From a bacterium (lineage in GTDB: Bacteria > Fidelibacterota > Fidelibacteria > Fidelibacterales > Fidelibacteraceae): a stretch of DNA of 64,000 nucleotides. Both the position numbers and the translations under genes were made by a program. The stretch is from the NCBI GenBank assembly GCA_963676395.1, contig OY781066.1, positions 672,001 through 736,000 on the forward strand. Direction: 5' to 3'. Positions 10,437 through 22,122 of the stretch are shown in pieces. Position 1 is the stretch's first letter; the number at the start of each line of letters is the position of its first letter. Under the pieces are notes generated by a model. The model ran no database searches. It saw only the letters and a program-made list of their open reading frames with translations, and had not been told where the DNA came from.

Positions 10437-13133
10437 CTAAAGTTTAATACTCATTTCAAGTCCATAGTAAATCGGGGAGTTCAAATTAATCTCAAATCCA
10501 CTATAGGGGCTTACATAAGTAGCTCTATTATCAAAGAAATTGTTGATATACAATGAGACCTCAGCGTTGTTACTCAACGATTTGGAGATCCGCAAATTGA
10601 GCAACCACTGACCTGTATAGTTGTATTCCTCAGCATCATACCAATATGACATTCCCTGATAATTGATATAGGTTTCACCTTCGGGGTTCAACTCTTCATA
10701 ACCATTGCTTTGATATATGTTCTGCCGCTTATAGAACGGAGTATACTGAACATCCATAGTCACCCAAAGACCAAAACGCTGATTTAAATAACTAACCTGT
10801 CCATCCAGTATGAGTTTGCTTTGATAATAAATATATTTTGGATACCATAATTCCCATTCGGATGAAGTTGCCCGATAATCGGGATCATATATCAATCCAT
10901 CAGAACCAGACCGACTGAGTCTGTATGTGGCATTTAAGGCGAATTTAAGATCGCGGATCCGTTTGGTGCGCAGCGTTAACTCGGTACCGTAGTCCTCACT
11001 CCAACCGACATTCTCAGAAATTGAGTAGGAATAATCGGCATTGACCGTATCTGGGTTAACGTCATAACCATCGGGATAGGTTACGCTCTGAGGTCGATGA
11101 TCCGTCTTTGAATAATAACCCGTCAAGGAAGCGCCTAACACATCGGTGATACGCCAATCTAAAGAAGCTTCAGCTTTCCTCGATGCATAGGATTTAAGAT
11201 TTTCGTTGACCTGATAAAATACTTTCTCGGTAACCTGATTGGTGCTGGTATCCAAGTATGCAATATGTTTGGGTACTTTATATATCTGGGTTAGAGACAC
11301 AGATTTTATACTCTGCCCCACACCCATCCTTATATCAAGATCATCGCTCAATTGATATTTGATGTTAAAACGTGGGCTAAAAAAATCACCCTGCTTTGCA
11401 TCAAAAAGAGAAAGCCCATTATCAAAGGAAATCTGGAAACGCTCGGGATTGATAAGATCGTAACGCAAGCCAATCAAGATGTCCAAACGACGCTCGAACA
11501 GATCGAATGTAATCTGATCTTCGGCATACAGTGCGAATTTTAAATTTGCAGGATAACTATCAAAGCTGTATGAACGTTTTGTCGACGAATTACCGTAATA
11601 ATTGAAAATAGAGTCGATCCTAACACCCTCACCAGTATTATTTTCATAATCGGTTTCAAACCCGAATAACAATTTATTGTTTGTTCCCCCAATATTGACA
11701 TTGGATTTACGTTTTAGCTTAAAGGAAACATCCCATTCTTCTCCTTTTTGACTAATCGTTGCATTGTAAGGAAAAACAGCCAGAACGCTGTCGACATACA
11801 ATATAGAATCCGTTCCATCGACATAGACAGTATCCCGGATCGGTGTGATCGTACAATAACTCAAATCAATGTCACTTACATCTGTACCAAAAGGCAAAAA
11901 CAACTGATCGGTGACCATTTTCTGTTTGACCTCATCCTGATTCTTATAGTCCAAGCCGGCAAACAACTCATAACGGACATCATTATCTGTTCGATATTTA
12001 AGAGCCAACTTGCCGGACGCTCTATATCCGCGATTGGTATTCTGCATATGAAATTCATCATTAGGCTCTTCATCATCAAAAATCCGGGTGTAAGTCAAAC
12101 CTAGGCGGGATTTCAGTTTTTTATCAAAAAATGAGTGAGACAGATTTGCAGCCCCATATAAACGCTGATATTCATCGCCTATCTTTCTTAGATCACGTTC
12201 GCTATATGAATAATTGACATGATAATCAAAAACAGTATTATCATCTCCAAAGTTATAACCACCATTATAAGAAAAACCTTTGGTGTCCGGATTGATCTTG
12301 GCTTTAAAACGACGATTGACAGTGCTCTTTTTTGTCTCAACCTTGACAATACCATCGCTAAAGTTACCGTATTCCACAGATGCAATACCGGTAATCACCT
12401 CAACCGATTCGATATTATCGGCGGGAATACTGCGTAAGTCAACGCCGCTTTGGTCAGCAGATCCGCTAACATATCCGGACATTTTCATGTCGCCGGAGAT
12501 CTCATTTCCATCTACGACCACTGATGTTCCGAATGAATCGAAACCATATAAATTTGAATCTGATCGTCTCACTTTACGTAAACCGATGTTTTGCTGGCTT
12601 GCCAATCCCATTTGACCTGATTTTTCCACACCCGGCACCAGTGTTAGTACATCACCCAGGTTGGATGCCTGCAAGTGATCGATCTCACCTGAATCGATTT
12701 TTCTTGTAGTGGCGATCTCTTCGGGTAAAATATCACGACCCATTGATTCCACTTCAATACCACCGATCATAAAACAATAGGATAGATCATTTTTATCGGG
12801 ATTAGCGATCAGTTTAATCTTAACATGATACACACCATCATCCGTAATGGCAAAATCAAATAATGAATTCGCATAAAAACAATCCTTCATTCCCGCAATC
12901 TTGTAGATACCTTCCGGAATATCTTTTAGAATAAAATAACCATCACGGTCTGTCATTGATTGTGCGGAAAACTTTTCACCTTTTTGCGATTCAATAGCTA
13001 CAAGAGCTTCCTTTATGGGAGCATTTCCTTCGTAGTTTCGGACATAACCTCTAACTGTTGCTGCTTGAGAAATAGCTACAAGAAAAACAGAAAGGAGGCT
13101 GACTCCAATGATAAATCGTTGTGTTTTCTTCAT
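10437..13133 (-). CDS. TonB-dependent receptor with N-terminal carboxypeptidase-regulatory-like domain, copy 1
   Basis: Plug motif DLRSIPADNIESVEVITGIASVEYG; C-terminal YINNFF...YYGLEMSIKL; start placed at MKKTQ. Confidence 0.88.
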   Translation of the reverse strand: MKKTQRFIIGVSLLSVFLVAISQAATVRGYVRNYEGNAPIKEALVAIESQKGEKFSAQSMTDRDGYFILKDIPEGIYKIAGMKDCFYANSLFDFAITDDGVYHVKIKLIANPDKNDLSYCFMIGGIEVESMGRDILPEEIATTRKIDSGEIDHLQASNLGDVLTLVPGVEKSGQMGLASQQNIGLRKVRRSDSNLYGFDSFGTSVVVDGNEISGDMKMSGYVSGSADQSGVDLRSIPADNIESVEVITGIASVEYGNFSDGIVKVETKKSTVNRRFKAKINPDTKGFSYNGGYNFGDDNTVFDYHVNYSYSERDLRKIGDEYQRLYGAANLSHSFFDKKLKSRLGLTYTRIFDDEEPNDEFHMQNTNRGYRASGKLALKYRTDNDVRYELFAGLDYKNQDEVKQKMVTDQLFLPFGTDVSDIDLSYCTITPIRDTVYVDGTDSILYVDSVLAVFPYNATISQKGEEWDVSFKLKRKSNVNIGGTNNKLLFGFETDYENNTGEGVRIDSIFNYYGNSSTKRSYSFDSYPANLKFALYAEDQITFDLFERRLDILIGLRYDLINPERFQISFDNGLSLFDAKQGDFFSPRFNIKYQLSDDLDIRMGVGQSIKSVSLTQIYKVPKHIAYLDTSTNQVTEKVFYQVNENLKSYASRKAEASLDWRITDVLGASLTGYYSKTDHRPQSVTYPDGYDVNPDTVNADYSYSISENVGWSEDYGTELTLRTKRIRDLKFALNATYRLSRSGSDGLIYDPDYRATSSEWELWYPKYIYYQSKLILDGQVSYLNQRFGLWVTMDVQYTPFYKRQNIYQSNGYEELNPEGETYINYQGMSYWYDAEEYNYTGQWLLNLRISKSLSNNAEVSLYINNFFDNRATYVSPYSGFEINLNSPIYYGLEMSIKL

Positions 13134-13520
13134 ATTCACCTTAATTACTTCGTACAAAGTGTTAATTTAGGGGTAATATTTCATGAATAGCAATACATTT
13201 ATATACAAAAGTTCGGAGAATGAAACCGAGTGACAACTCCAGGATTTCAAAAATACCTGTGCTTTAGTGCACTAAAACTATCAACAAACCTACTAACCGG
13301 TGTTCCATGAATATCGGGAGCGATTACTAGCGAATCTATAATTCAGCAACTTTCAACCACCCTGCAGGTTTTCGCTTTCTGATAATTCACAATAATATCC
13401 CCAAATTCCCCGAACAAACAACCAATTTTTTTAATTCTTAATTGTTTTTCTTTTGCCTTTTGCCTTGTCTTCCCTATATTCTCCCCGCAAACAATAAGTA
13501 GTTAAAATCAGGAATGATGT

Positions 13521-14411
13521 ATGGAACATGTAATTGAATGTAAGAACCTGACGCATTATTATGGTGACAAATTGGTTCTTAACAACCTTAATCTTAAGGT
13601 TGAAAAAGGCAGGATTTTCGGCATTCTTGGCAAAAACGGTATGGGAAAAACAACAACCATCAATATTCTGATGGGTTTCCTGCGTCCCACCAGTGGACAA
13701 TGCCTTGTTCTCGGAGAAGAATCTCATAGGTTGTCTCCGGCAACACGCCAAAAGATCGGATTACTGCACGAGGGGCACCTAGCCTATGATTTTATGACCA
13801 TTAAACAGGTCGAGCATTTCTACTCACAATTTTTTCCCGGCTGGAAAAAAGAGTATTATTGGGATCTCATGAAAAAACTGGGACTCAAAGACAATCATAA
13901 GATCCGCAATATGAGCTGTGGTCAGCGCTCACAGGTGGTTCTTGGTTTAATCTTCGCACAAGACCCTGAGTTATTGATCCTTGATGATTATTCTATGGGA
14001 CTTGATCCCGGTTATCGCGCACTATTTATTGATTATTTACAAGATTATGTACGCGACCGGAATAAAACCGTCTTTTTAACTTCTCACATTATTCCCGATG
14101 TTGAGAAAGTCGTGGACGATACCATCGTGATGGGGTACCAGAAACTCTTACTCAAGATGCCTTTGGAAACACTCAAAAAAGACTTCCATCGCTTTGAATT
14201 CCATAATGCAAATGCAAAAAATGCAATCAAAGCCGATGAAGAAAACATTACAAATGTTGAAGTTTATCATGACAAAATCACATTATATTCCTTTAAATCC
14301 GAATCCGATGTAAAAAAACATCTCAAGACCCTGGGTATTACCGTTGATAAAATGACGGAAATTCCAATGAGCCTTGAAGAAGCTTTCATCGGCCTTACCG
14401 GCAAATATTGA
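13521..14411 (+). CDS. ABC transporter ATP-binding protein
   Basis: Walker A GKNGMGKT, signature MSCGQ, Walker B LLILDD, TSH switch. Confidence 0.92.
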   Translation: MEHVIECKNLTHYYGDKLVLNNLNLKVEKGRIFGILGKNGMGKTTTINILMGFLRPTSGQCLVLGEESHRLSPATRQKIGLLHEGHLAYDFMTIKQVEHFYSQFFPGWKKEYYWDLMKKLGLKDNHKIRNMSCGQRSQVVLGLIFAQDPELLILDDYSMGLDPGYRALFIDYLQDYVRDRNKTVFLTSHIIPDVEKVVDDTIVMGYQKLLLKMPLETLKKDFHRFEFHNANAKNAIKADEENITNVEVYHDKITLYSFKSESDVKKHLKTLGITVDKMTEIPMSLEEAFIGLTGKY

Positions 14412-14424
14412 TCAGAGGTGCCAT

Positions 14425-15096
14425 ATGTTAAAAGCTATTTTATATAAAGAATGGATCAAGCTTCGCTGGGCTGTACTCGTGATCGCAGGCTTAACCGTGA
14501 TCTCTTTAGCTTATTCAGCAAGCCAGATCAATTATTACGTCGAATTTCAGGGCGCTTTCCAAAACTGGATGTATGTGATCGGCAAAGATCTTTTACTTAG
14601 AAATATCGTATTCGTTAAAATCTTGCCCATAATCACCGGTCTCGCTTTTGCGTTATTACAATTCATGCCCGAAATGACCGGCAAACGTATGCGTTTGTCG
14701 TACCATCTTCCCATCGGAGAAAAAAAACTCTTGCTCTCATCAGTCGGTATTGGTTTTATGTTCCTGCTGCTTGAGATCATTTTTCTTTTCTTTGGTTTAT
14801 GGTTAATGGTTTCACTCACCTACCCCGCCGAAGTCATCAACAAGGTGCTTATGTCAACTCTTCCCTGGTTTTTGGGTGGTTCGGCAGTCTACTTTATGAC
14901 TGCTTTCATCATTCTTGAACCCTCATGGGTCTACCGTATTATCTACGGTGTGATGGCATACGGTTTGATCACGAAATATTACGAAGCAGGCACTTATGAT
15001 CAATATCAAACACTTTGGGCCTACATTCTTATTGTTGCGTCCATGCCTTTATTGGTTATGTTCGCTGGACATCGATTCAGACGCGGCAGCAAATAA
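14425..15096 (+). CDS. ABC-2-type membrane permease
   Basis: About 6 TM helices, N-terminal ILYKEWIK; follows the ATPase. Confidence 0.7.
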   Translation: MLKAILYKEWIKLRWAVLVIAGLTVISLAYSASQINYYVEFQGAFQNWMYVIGKDLLLRNIVFVKILPIITGLAFALLQFMPEMTGKRMRLSYHLPIGEKKLLLSSVGIGFMFLLLEIIFLFFGLWLMVSLTYPAEVINKVLMSTLPWFLGGSAVYFMTAFIILEPSWVYRIIYGVMAYGLITKYYEAGTYDQYQTLWAYILIVASMPLLVMFAGHRFRRGSK

Positions 15097-15111
15097 GGAA
15101 AGGACAACACT

Positions 15112-16344
15112 ATGTTAAATAAAATTTCAAGATATACCATTATCCTACTTATCGTTGTAGTTTCCGCTCTGTATTTGCCGGATTTCTACTCTATGCTTTT
15201 TGACAAAAAAGTCAATGTACCACGCATGAACTATTCGGCGGTAATCAATGATTTTGTTTATACCGAATATTATGGTATGGGCAAGATCAAATACATGGAT
15301 ATCCAGGGCAAAGAATATAACGAAAGAGACTACTTTGCACTGCTACCTTTTATGTATTACGGCAATCTGGAAAAATGGGGTACGCTCCCGGAAAAACTTG
15401 AAGGTATAGAACTGAGTTCAAAGATTATCCGCAGAAATTCACAGATGGTCAAAATCGCGCCAAAAAACGTCAATCCCCCTTCGGTCCCTTTAAACATTAT
15501 GTTCGAAGCCGAACCGGATTATGCGCAACTTGTTATACCTGATGACATTTTCAGACTAAAGAATACCATTGAATTCATTGATCCCGTCACAAACAAAGTG
15601 CTTCAAGAAAAATCTAAGAAATTCCAGGATGCACTAATAGAAGCCGGCTTTGAATTCCCCGCAAAACTATCTGCGGCAAATCAAACAAATCGTAAACCTT
15701 TTGATGAAGGTTACTTTATCAAAGATGCCAAGGATAAAGTTTATCACCTGAAAATGGTCAAGGATGACCCTGTCGTTGTTTACACCGGAATTGATGGTAG
15801 TATTCCCATACGCCAGATCTTTATTTCAGAAAATTCCCGTAAAGAATTCTATGGCTGGTTACTTACCGAAGAAAACGATGTTTATCTCATCACTTATGAT
15901 AACTACACACTTAAGAAAATCCCGACAAAATCAGATAATGAAGGTCAGGATTACGATGCAAATAGCATGAATTTCCGTTTTTACATCTATCCGGTAAACA
16001 AACATATCCAGATCAGTGGCGACGGTTTTTCTCATATGATCATTTTGAATAACGATTATGAGAAAATCGCTGAACACACTATGGAATGGACACCCTACAA
16101 TAAACGTCCGGCGCCCATTGTAAAACAGTATATATTCCCCTTTGAGTTATCAACATACGACCCAATGAAATACATCAAACTTCAGATGGATTGTTTTTGG
16201 TGGCAAGGACTTGTCGGTGTAGCATTATCATTGCTTGCCCTTGTAATTTTCTCAAGAAAACGCCCCATCCTTGATTATGTGATCGTGCTTTTTACTGGTG
16301 TTTTTGGGCTAATCGGAGTATTACTGATCAAGCCGGAAGAATAA
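15112..16344 (+). CDS. Membrane-anchored extracytoplasmic protein (DUF4857-like)
   Basis: N- and C-terminal TM segments; LPFMYY and RKPFDEGYF motifs; co-transcribed with the ABC module. Confidence 0.65.
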   Translation: MLNKISRYTIILLIVVVSALYLPDFYSMLFDKKVNVPRMNYSAVINDFVYTEYYGMGKIKYMDIQGKEYNERDYFALLPFMYYGNLEKWGTLPEKLEGIELSSKIIRRNSQMVKIAPKNVNPPSVPLNIMFEAEPDYAQLVIPDDIFRLKNTIEFIDPVTNKVLQEKSKKFQDALIEAGFEFPAKLSAANQTNRKPFDEGYFIKDAKDKVYHLKMVKDDPVVVYTGIDGSIPIRQIFISENSRKEFYGWLLTEENDVYLITYDNYTLKKIPTKSDNEGQDYDANSMNFRFYIYPVNKHIQISGDGFSHMIILNNDYEKIAEHTMEWTPYNKRPAPIVKQYIFPFELSTYDPMKYIKLQMDCFWWQGLVGVALSLLALVIFSRKRPILDYVIVLFTGVFGLIGVLLIKPEE

Positions 16345-16356
16345 ATTATAAACTTA

Positions 16357-16429
16357 CAGAGATGGAGCAATGCTCCGCCTCTATATAAAATATAAATATT
16401 GTAGAGCCGCAACAGTGTTGCGGCTCTAG
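16357..16429. repeat. Pair of REP-like palindromes
   Basis: cagagatggagcaatgctccgcctcta and gtagagccgcaacagtgttgcggctctag (GTAG-headed stem-loop type). Confidence 0.55.
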
Positions 16430-16671
16430 TGTTTTTTACGCAAAATAAACTCTTTTAAGAGAACCGACTCGGTTCATCATAACCCCAACCGAGTCGGTTG
16501 CAAAAAAAACAGGTCAAATATTTTTACAATCTGCAATTAATTGCTGCTTAAGATTTGGGTTTTGTCTCTAGTATTTCATTATTTGTTACTCATCATTAAT
16601 TATTACCCAGTATAGTTTGATTTTCATGCAAATTTATGCTAATATTCAAACTAAACATTAATGAGGATGAT

Positions 16672-19362
16672 ATGATTAAAAAAGGACTGTTCCTTATAAG
16701 TATATGTGCTCTCTTGCTCTCTGCCGAGACGGTAACCTTTAATGGTTATGTATTAAATGAGGACAAAAAGCCAATGCCGGGAACAAATATTATTTTTAAA
16801 GAAACCCTTCAGGGTGTAGCGACAAATGCCGATGGTTATTTCACCATGAAAGTCCCTGTAGGTACCTATACCGTACGTATCAGCTTTATGGGATACAAAC
16901 CCATTGAAGAAAAGATCACTTTCGGTGCATCAAAAACACTTAAAAAAACCTTTACCATGATCCTTGAATATTTCGAGATCGGAGGTATTGTGGTGCAAGC
17001 TGACCGTGAACTCTTACCCACCGAAGCCGAAACAAAAACCCGTATCTCCAGCGGCGAGATCGAACATATGCAAGCATCGAACCTTTCTGACATCATGCAG
17101 TTGACACCCGGCGTGCGTTTTGAAAACCCGGGTATGTCCGAAAAAAAACAGGTTAATATTCGCGCCACAACAAGTACCTCTGATGATAATCATGCCGCCG
17201 AAAATGAATATTTCGGTGCACAAATCCGAGTCGATAATATTCCACTATCAAATAATGCAAACTTACAAATTGAAACAAAAGCGGTAGATAGTAACGGAAA
17301 ACCGCTCACAACTGAGAACTCAGGTCTTGACATGCGTCAGATCCCTGCAGATAATATTGAATCAGTTGAAGTCATTCGTGGTATTCCTTCATCAAAATAC
17401 GGAGATCTAACTTCCGGCATCATTGAGGTAAAAACTAAATCTGAGGTTTCTAACCATCGTATTAAATTCAAATATAATTTTTATAATCAGGAAGCCAATA
17501 TGGGAGGTGGCTTCAAGTTGAATGAGCAACATCATCTTGATTATAATATAAACTATGCCTATGCAGTCCGTGATGTACGCATTCCTGAAGAAAATTATTC
17601 ACGTATTGCAGGTCAATTGGCCCTTACCAGCAAACTCATGCAAAATCTCTATACCATGAAAAACCGTATATATTATACCCGGGCTTTTGATGAACGAAAA
17701 TTGAGGGAAGATGACCTTTACCTTAAAGAGTCTTATAATCGTGATTATACATTTCGCTTTGCTCACAACAGCACATATTTGCTCACAACAAAACAAAAAC
17801 TGGAGTTGGATGTATCGGCTAACTATACACGACAAAATTCATACAGAAAAAGATTAATATCCACAGACAATACTTACGTAACGGATCAAATGGAAGCGGG
17901 TACCGACACTGCTATGTATATTCAGAATTATATGTCTGAACTTTATGTACGCGGTGAAGCATACAATCTTTACTACAACCTAAACTATGCAGCAAATTTT
18001 GATTTTCTAAAAACAGAACACAACTTTCTTGCCGGTGCAACGTTCAGAGATGAATTTAATCTCGGCGAAGGTCGTATTTTTGATCCGCTTACCCCCCCCT
18101 CTGTTTCAGGTATCAAACGAACCCGTCCACGCAGCTATGATGATCTGCCTGCTTTAACCACCACTTCATTTTATGTCGAAGATAAGATCAAAGGTAAATT
18201 GCTCATTCCATTCCAATTGAATTTGGGGGCAAGGCTTGAGTCCTATGGTGACGACAAACTTTTAGCGAATAATTATGGCACCTTTTTAAATCCCAGGATT
18301 AACATGGTGCTGTATCCTACTAAAACCACTCAGATCAGATTTGGATACGGAGAAACTTCCAAAGCCCCGTCTATGGCAATGCTCCATCCCAATCCGATCT
18401 ATCTTGATGTGGACGACGTAAACAATATCGTCGATTCATTAGTTATTGTCTCCACATACATTTATCCAACGGATAACCCAAATTTAAAAGGATCACGACA
18501 GCGCAAATGGGAAGGCAGCATTGACCAGCGGATTGGTAATGTTGGATTAAGCCTTACAGCTTATCAAAGTAACATAAATGACGGTTTTGCTAAAAAAGGC
18601 ACTAAACTACCTATTTTTGTCTATAAGTACGATTATACAGTCTCCGAAACAGACCCACCCATTAGCGATTCGATTACAACCACCTACTCAATCTATGATA
18701 ATTCATTACGCACCATAACTCGAGGTCTTGAAGTCGAGATGCAAACTAAGCCAATAACTCCACTTAATCTGCGCTTGAGAATACAGGCAGCCTACAATTA
18801 CACCTATAGTTGGAATGATAATCAATATGATTACCGTGGTTTTATTTACGACCCCGCGATGGGGCAGGAAGTCAACCCTTTCTTCTCGATTGCAAACATT
18901 GAACGCGAAAAACTTTATATAAATTATAATCTGGAATTCAAGATCAAAGAACTGGGGGCATGGGCAACTATTTCTGCTCAACAGGTAGTTTTTGATAAAG
19001 ACAGATATATCGGCTTGGATGATTCTTTAGCTGTCGGATATTTGGATGCCCATGGTGAACAAGTATTTTTTTCTGAAGCGGAAAGAGCGGCAATAAATTC
19101 GTCGACTTATAAAAGTATAGCCGCGGATTACGACTATCTTGAAGAAAACAGAAAAAACATCTGGCTTTTCAATCTAAGGGTCAGTAAGTCTTTGGGGAAA
19201 GCATCAGAATTTTCTTTCTATGTCAACAACTTCTTTAATTATCGACCCCTGTATCGACGGGTACGGGTTCCAAATGAGTCATACACTTTGGAAAACCCCC
19301 CACTTTACTTTGGTATTGAGGTTTCCTCTAAGATTGACCAACTTTTCCAGAGAGGTAAATAA
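16672..19362 (+). CDS. TonB-dependent receptor, copy 2
   Basis: DMRQIPADNIESVEVIRGIPSSKYGDLTSG plug motif; C-terminal FYVNNFF...YFGIEVS; GAGGA before ATG 16672. Confidence 0.9.
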   Translation: MIKKGLFLISICALLLSAETVTFNGYVLNEDKKPMPGTNIIFKETLQGVATNADGYFTMKVPVGTYTVRISFMGYKPIEEKITFGASKTLKKTFTMILEYFEIGGIVVQADRELLPTEAETKTRISSGEIEHMQASNLSDIMQLTPGVRFENPGMSEKKQVNIRATTSTSDDNHAAENEYFGAQIRVDNIPLSNNANLQIETKAVDSNGKPLTTENSGLDMRQIPADNIESVEVIRGIPSSKYGDLTSGIIEVKTKSEVSNHRIKFKYNFYNQEANMGGGFKLNEQHHLDYNINYAYAVRDVRIPEENYSRIAGQLALTSKLMQNLYTMKNRIYYTRAFDERKLREDDLYLKESYNRDYTFRFAHNSTYLLTTKQKLELDVSANYTRQNSYRKRLISTDNTYVTDQMEAGTDTAMYIQNYMSELYVRGEAYNLYYNLNYAANFDFLKTEHNFLAGATFRDEFNLGEGRIFDPLTPPSVSGIKRTRPRSYDDLPALTTTSFYVEDKIKGKLLIPFQLNLGARLESYGDDKLLANNYGTFLNPRINMVLYPTKTTQIRFGYGETSKAPSMAMLHPNPIYLDVDDVNNIVDSLVIVSTYIYPTDNPNLKGSRQRKWEGSIDQRIGNVGLSLTAYQSNINDGFAKKGTKLPIFVYKYDYTVSETDPPISDSITTTYSIYDNSLRTITRGLEVEMQTKPITPLNLRLRIQAAYNYTYSWNDNQYDYRGFIYDPAMGQEVNPFFSIANIEREKLYINYNLEFKIKELGAWATISAQQVVFDKDRYIGLDDSLAVGYLDAHGEQVFFSEAERAAINSSTYKSIAADYDYLEENRKNIWLFNLRVSKSLGKASEFSFYVNNFFNYRPLYRRVRVPNESYTLENPPLYFGIEVSSKIDQLFQRGK

Positions 19363-19364
19363 AC

Positions 19365-20483
19365 ATGAAAAAATATATCATACTATTCATACTTATCATT
19401 GCATTATCCTGCGCCCTTGTGGTTACCCCCCCGGATTCCATGCGCTTTTCGGTTGAGCTGACGCTTATCGATACAACGGCAACCGGTGGAGATACGCTTG
19501 TCAATGAAGGCCGGGTGATCTTACAATCTATCACCTATGGTGATAAATTTGAAGGAATAAGTAACGCTGAAGGTAAAGTCCTTTTCGAAAACCTATTACC
19601 TGATAGCTATAATATTCTTGCTACTGCAAATCGTGTTAGCGGTACCGATATTATCCTGATCAACGGTCAGCTTCAAGATACCTCTTTATATGTTGCGGAA
19701 AATGACACCATATCCCTCAAGCTTATTACACAGACCTCAATATCTTCGGCTCTACTAATATCGGAAATTTATTACTCGGGAGCAAAAACCGTCGTCCCCC
19801 AATACTTTCATGATCAATTTACCGAAATATATAACAATAGTAGCGAGACCCTCTATCTGGATAGCCTTATAATTGCCAATGCTGAATATGGCTTTATTGA
19901 TGACTCTCTAATTCACTCAAACCATGCTTACATGTTTCCCGGAACAGGTAATGATTTCCCCATACACCCCGGAGAATTGATCATTATCGCTCAAGACGCA
20001 ATAGACCACTCACCTTATCCCATAAATTCACTTAATCTTTTGGATGCTGATTTCGAATACTATCGCTCAGATATAGGTGATGTCGATAATCCCAATGTGA
20101 CGGATATGATCAAGCTACATTCTAAATACAATAATGACTTTTTATACTCAGTATTTAATAATGTCATTCTCCTCCTGAAAGTAGAAAAACCATACGAATA
20201 CGGATATGATAAATTCGAGCGTATTCTATTACCCAAAAAAGGTGTGATCGACGGCGTTGAATATCGCGATAATCTATCTGAACTTGATCATAAACGGATT
20301 GATGGTAGTATTGATGGCGGCCTGACAGGCGGCATCGCCTCCTATTCAACCCAATCCGTTGAAAGAAATATTGATCGCTATGAGGAGGGGCGGATAATCT
20401 TGATGGATAACAACAACAGTTCATTGGATTTTCATGTAAATAAACCGCCCACTCCCGGTGTAATAGAGGAGGCATCAGAATGA
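19365..20483 (+). CDS. Lipoprotein, DUF4876/lamin-tail-like, copy 2
   Basis: Lipobox ALSC; ISEIYYSG...DQFTEIYNNS, DNPNVTD and DNNNSSLDF motifs. Confidence 0.75.
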   Translation: MKKYIILFILIIALSCALVVTPPDSMRFSVELTLIDTTATGGDTLVNEGRVILQSITYGDKFEGISNAEGKVLFENLLPDSYNILATANRVSGTDIILINGQLQDTSLYVAENDTISLKLITQTSISSALLISEIYYSGAKTVVPQYFHDQFTEIYNNSSETLYLDSLIIANAEYGFIDDSLIHSNHAYMFPGTGNDFPIHPGELIIIAQDAIDHSPYPINSLNLLDADFEYYRSDIGDVDNPNVTDMIKLHSKYNNDFLYSVFNNVILLLKVEKPYEYGYDKFERILLPKKGVIDGVEYRDNLSELDHKRIDGSIDGGLTGGIASYSTQSVERNIDRYEEGRIILMDNNNSSLDFHVNKPPTPGVIEEASE

Positions 20484-21937
20484 AAAAGCTATTAATTCTC
20501 CTCTCGATCGCTATCATTGCCTTTGCCCAATTTGAAACCACCGAGCAATTGTATCTTGATATCTATTCTGATTTCACGGCAGATATTCCTATGCATAACC
20601 CTGCTTACTTATCAGTTGAAACGGCTCCATATAACTATGCATTCAGTTATTCGTGGCTGGAAACAGGTGGTGAGTATAAATTGCCTTACGATCCGGAAAA
20701 AAAGAGCTACCATAATCTTCAGGTTTCCGCCTATCAAGAAATGGAAAACGGTCTTATTTTTGGCGGTCGCTTCGCTTACCGAAATGAGAAACGTCTCGGC
20801 AAATTATGGCTTCATAATGCTGAAACCAATATCAATATTCCTTTTTACTTTGGAGATAGCACAAAAGGTGATTTCAATTTAAACGGTATCGATTGGAACA
20901 TCGTTTTATCTTACCCTCTTGGGCAAGATATTCGTATTGCCATGGATATCTTTTATAATGTGGATGAGCAGTTTAAATCCGTCTTTCCTAAACCCAACTC
21001 AAAACGCAACAACCTGCATGTTCGTCCCGCTATAAGCTATAAAAGTGATAATCTTAGATTAGGCATTACATCCTCTATCTTCAATTATAAAGAAGAAATT
21101 AAAACTAAACAGTATAGTCTTGAACAAAACAAAACACCCATCTTTATGCGCATTCGAGGGTTGGATCGCGCTCTGTTAAGCTATGCTGAAACCAGTGAAG
21201 AAAGATTGCAAAATATCAATGGTTATAGTGCTTCTGCAGACATTTTACTTTATAATCTTGTATCCGTACAAGCTGCCATTGAAGATGCTGGGGCAGAGAT
21301 CACCGATGGCGGATCCGATCCGGTAAACATGGGTAGCTGGGATATGATGCGGTATTACTATCGTACCGATCTATTAATTGATGCCAGCCGACATGTGCGC
21401 ATCAATCCTAGCTTCTCACAATCTTGGGAATCTGCCAACGGCTATCATCCAGAGTTGAACAATACCATCTATAAATACAATTATCGCCGTTTTGAAGGTA
21501 ATCTTGACATTGCCTTTACCCCTATTAAAAATGAAACTTTTGCGGTCATTGGCGGTTATCGTTTTGAAGATATCAAGCGCGAAGATAACTTTTTTGGACT
21601 GGCACATTATATCCCAAGTACCACACTTATTGTAGGTACACACTACCGAATGGATTTTAAAGACAAAAGTCTAACGATCAATCTTGATTACGAACAAAAA
21701 AATGTGATAAGTTCAACTGAATATTCATCTCTAGCAGGCAAATATTATGAGATTATAACAGAAAATGAAATTGATTACTATGCTACCGACACCGAAAAAA
21801 TAATAGCTGGTATCAAATTTTCTTTTCCAATTAATAAAACTGTCCTTGCTCTTTATGGGAACTATGAAGATATTCGTGCGATGAATTCAGATATAAGATT
21901 TCACGGAGCGAATGTGAAAATTGAATTGATATATTAG
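20480..21937 (+). CDS. Outer-membrane beta-barrel protein (DUF6850-like), copy 2
   Basis: Signal peptide, HNPA motif, terminal aromatic residue (ELIY). Confidence 0.62.
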   Translation: MKKLLILLSIAIIAFAQFETTEQLYLDIYSDFTADIPMHNPAYLSVETAPYNYAFSYSWLETGGEYKLPYDPEKKSYHNLQVSAYQEMENGLIFGGRFAYRNEKRLGKLWLHNAETNINIPFYFGDSTKGDFNLNGIDWNIVLSYPLGQDIRIAMDIFYNVDEQFKSVFPKPNSKRNNLHVRPAISYKSDNLRLGITSSIFNYKEEIKTKQYSLEQNKTPIFMRIRGLDRALLSYAETSEERLQNINGYSASADILLYNLVSVQAAIEDAGAEITDGGSDPVNMGSWDMMRYYYRTDLLIDASRHVRINPSFSQSWESANGYHPELNNTIYKYNYRRFEGNLDIAFTPIKNETFAVIGGYRFEDIKREDNFFGLAHYIPSTTLIVGTHYRMDFKDKSLTINLDYEQKNVISSTEYSSLAGKYYEIITENEIDYYATDTEKIIAGIKFSFPINKTVLALYGNYEDIRAMNSDIRFHGANVKIELIY

Positions 21938-22122
21938 GCGACAAAGTCGCTTACCGGCCATAACCTTAGCGAAAGCCGGAAATAAAAAAACAAACTGCGA
22001 TTGTAAGGGGCAACTCCTTAGCTTTAACGCGATTAATCGAATAACGAATTCGATTGTTCTAGGAGGTTCGTCCCCGCGATCAAACAAGAATAAATGTTCT
22101 AAAACAAACAAGGTCCCAATCA

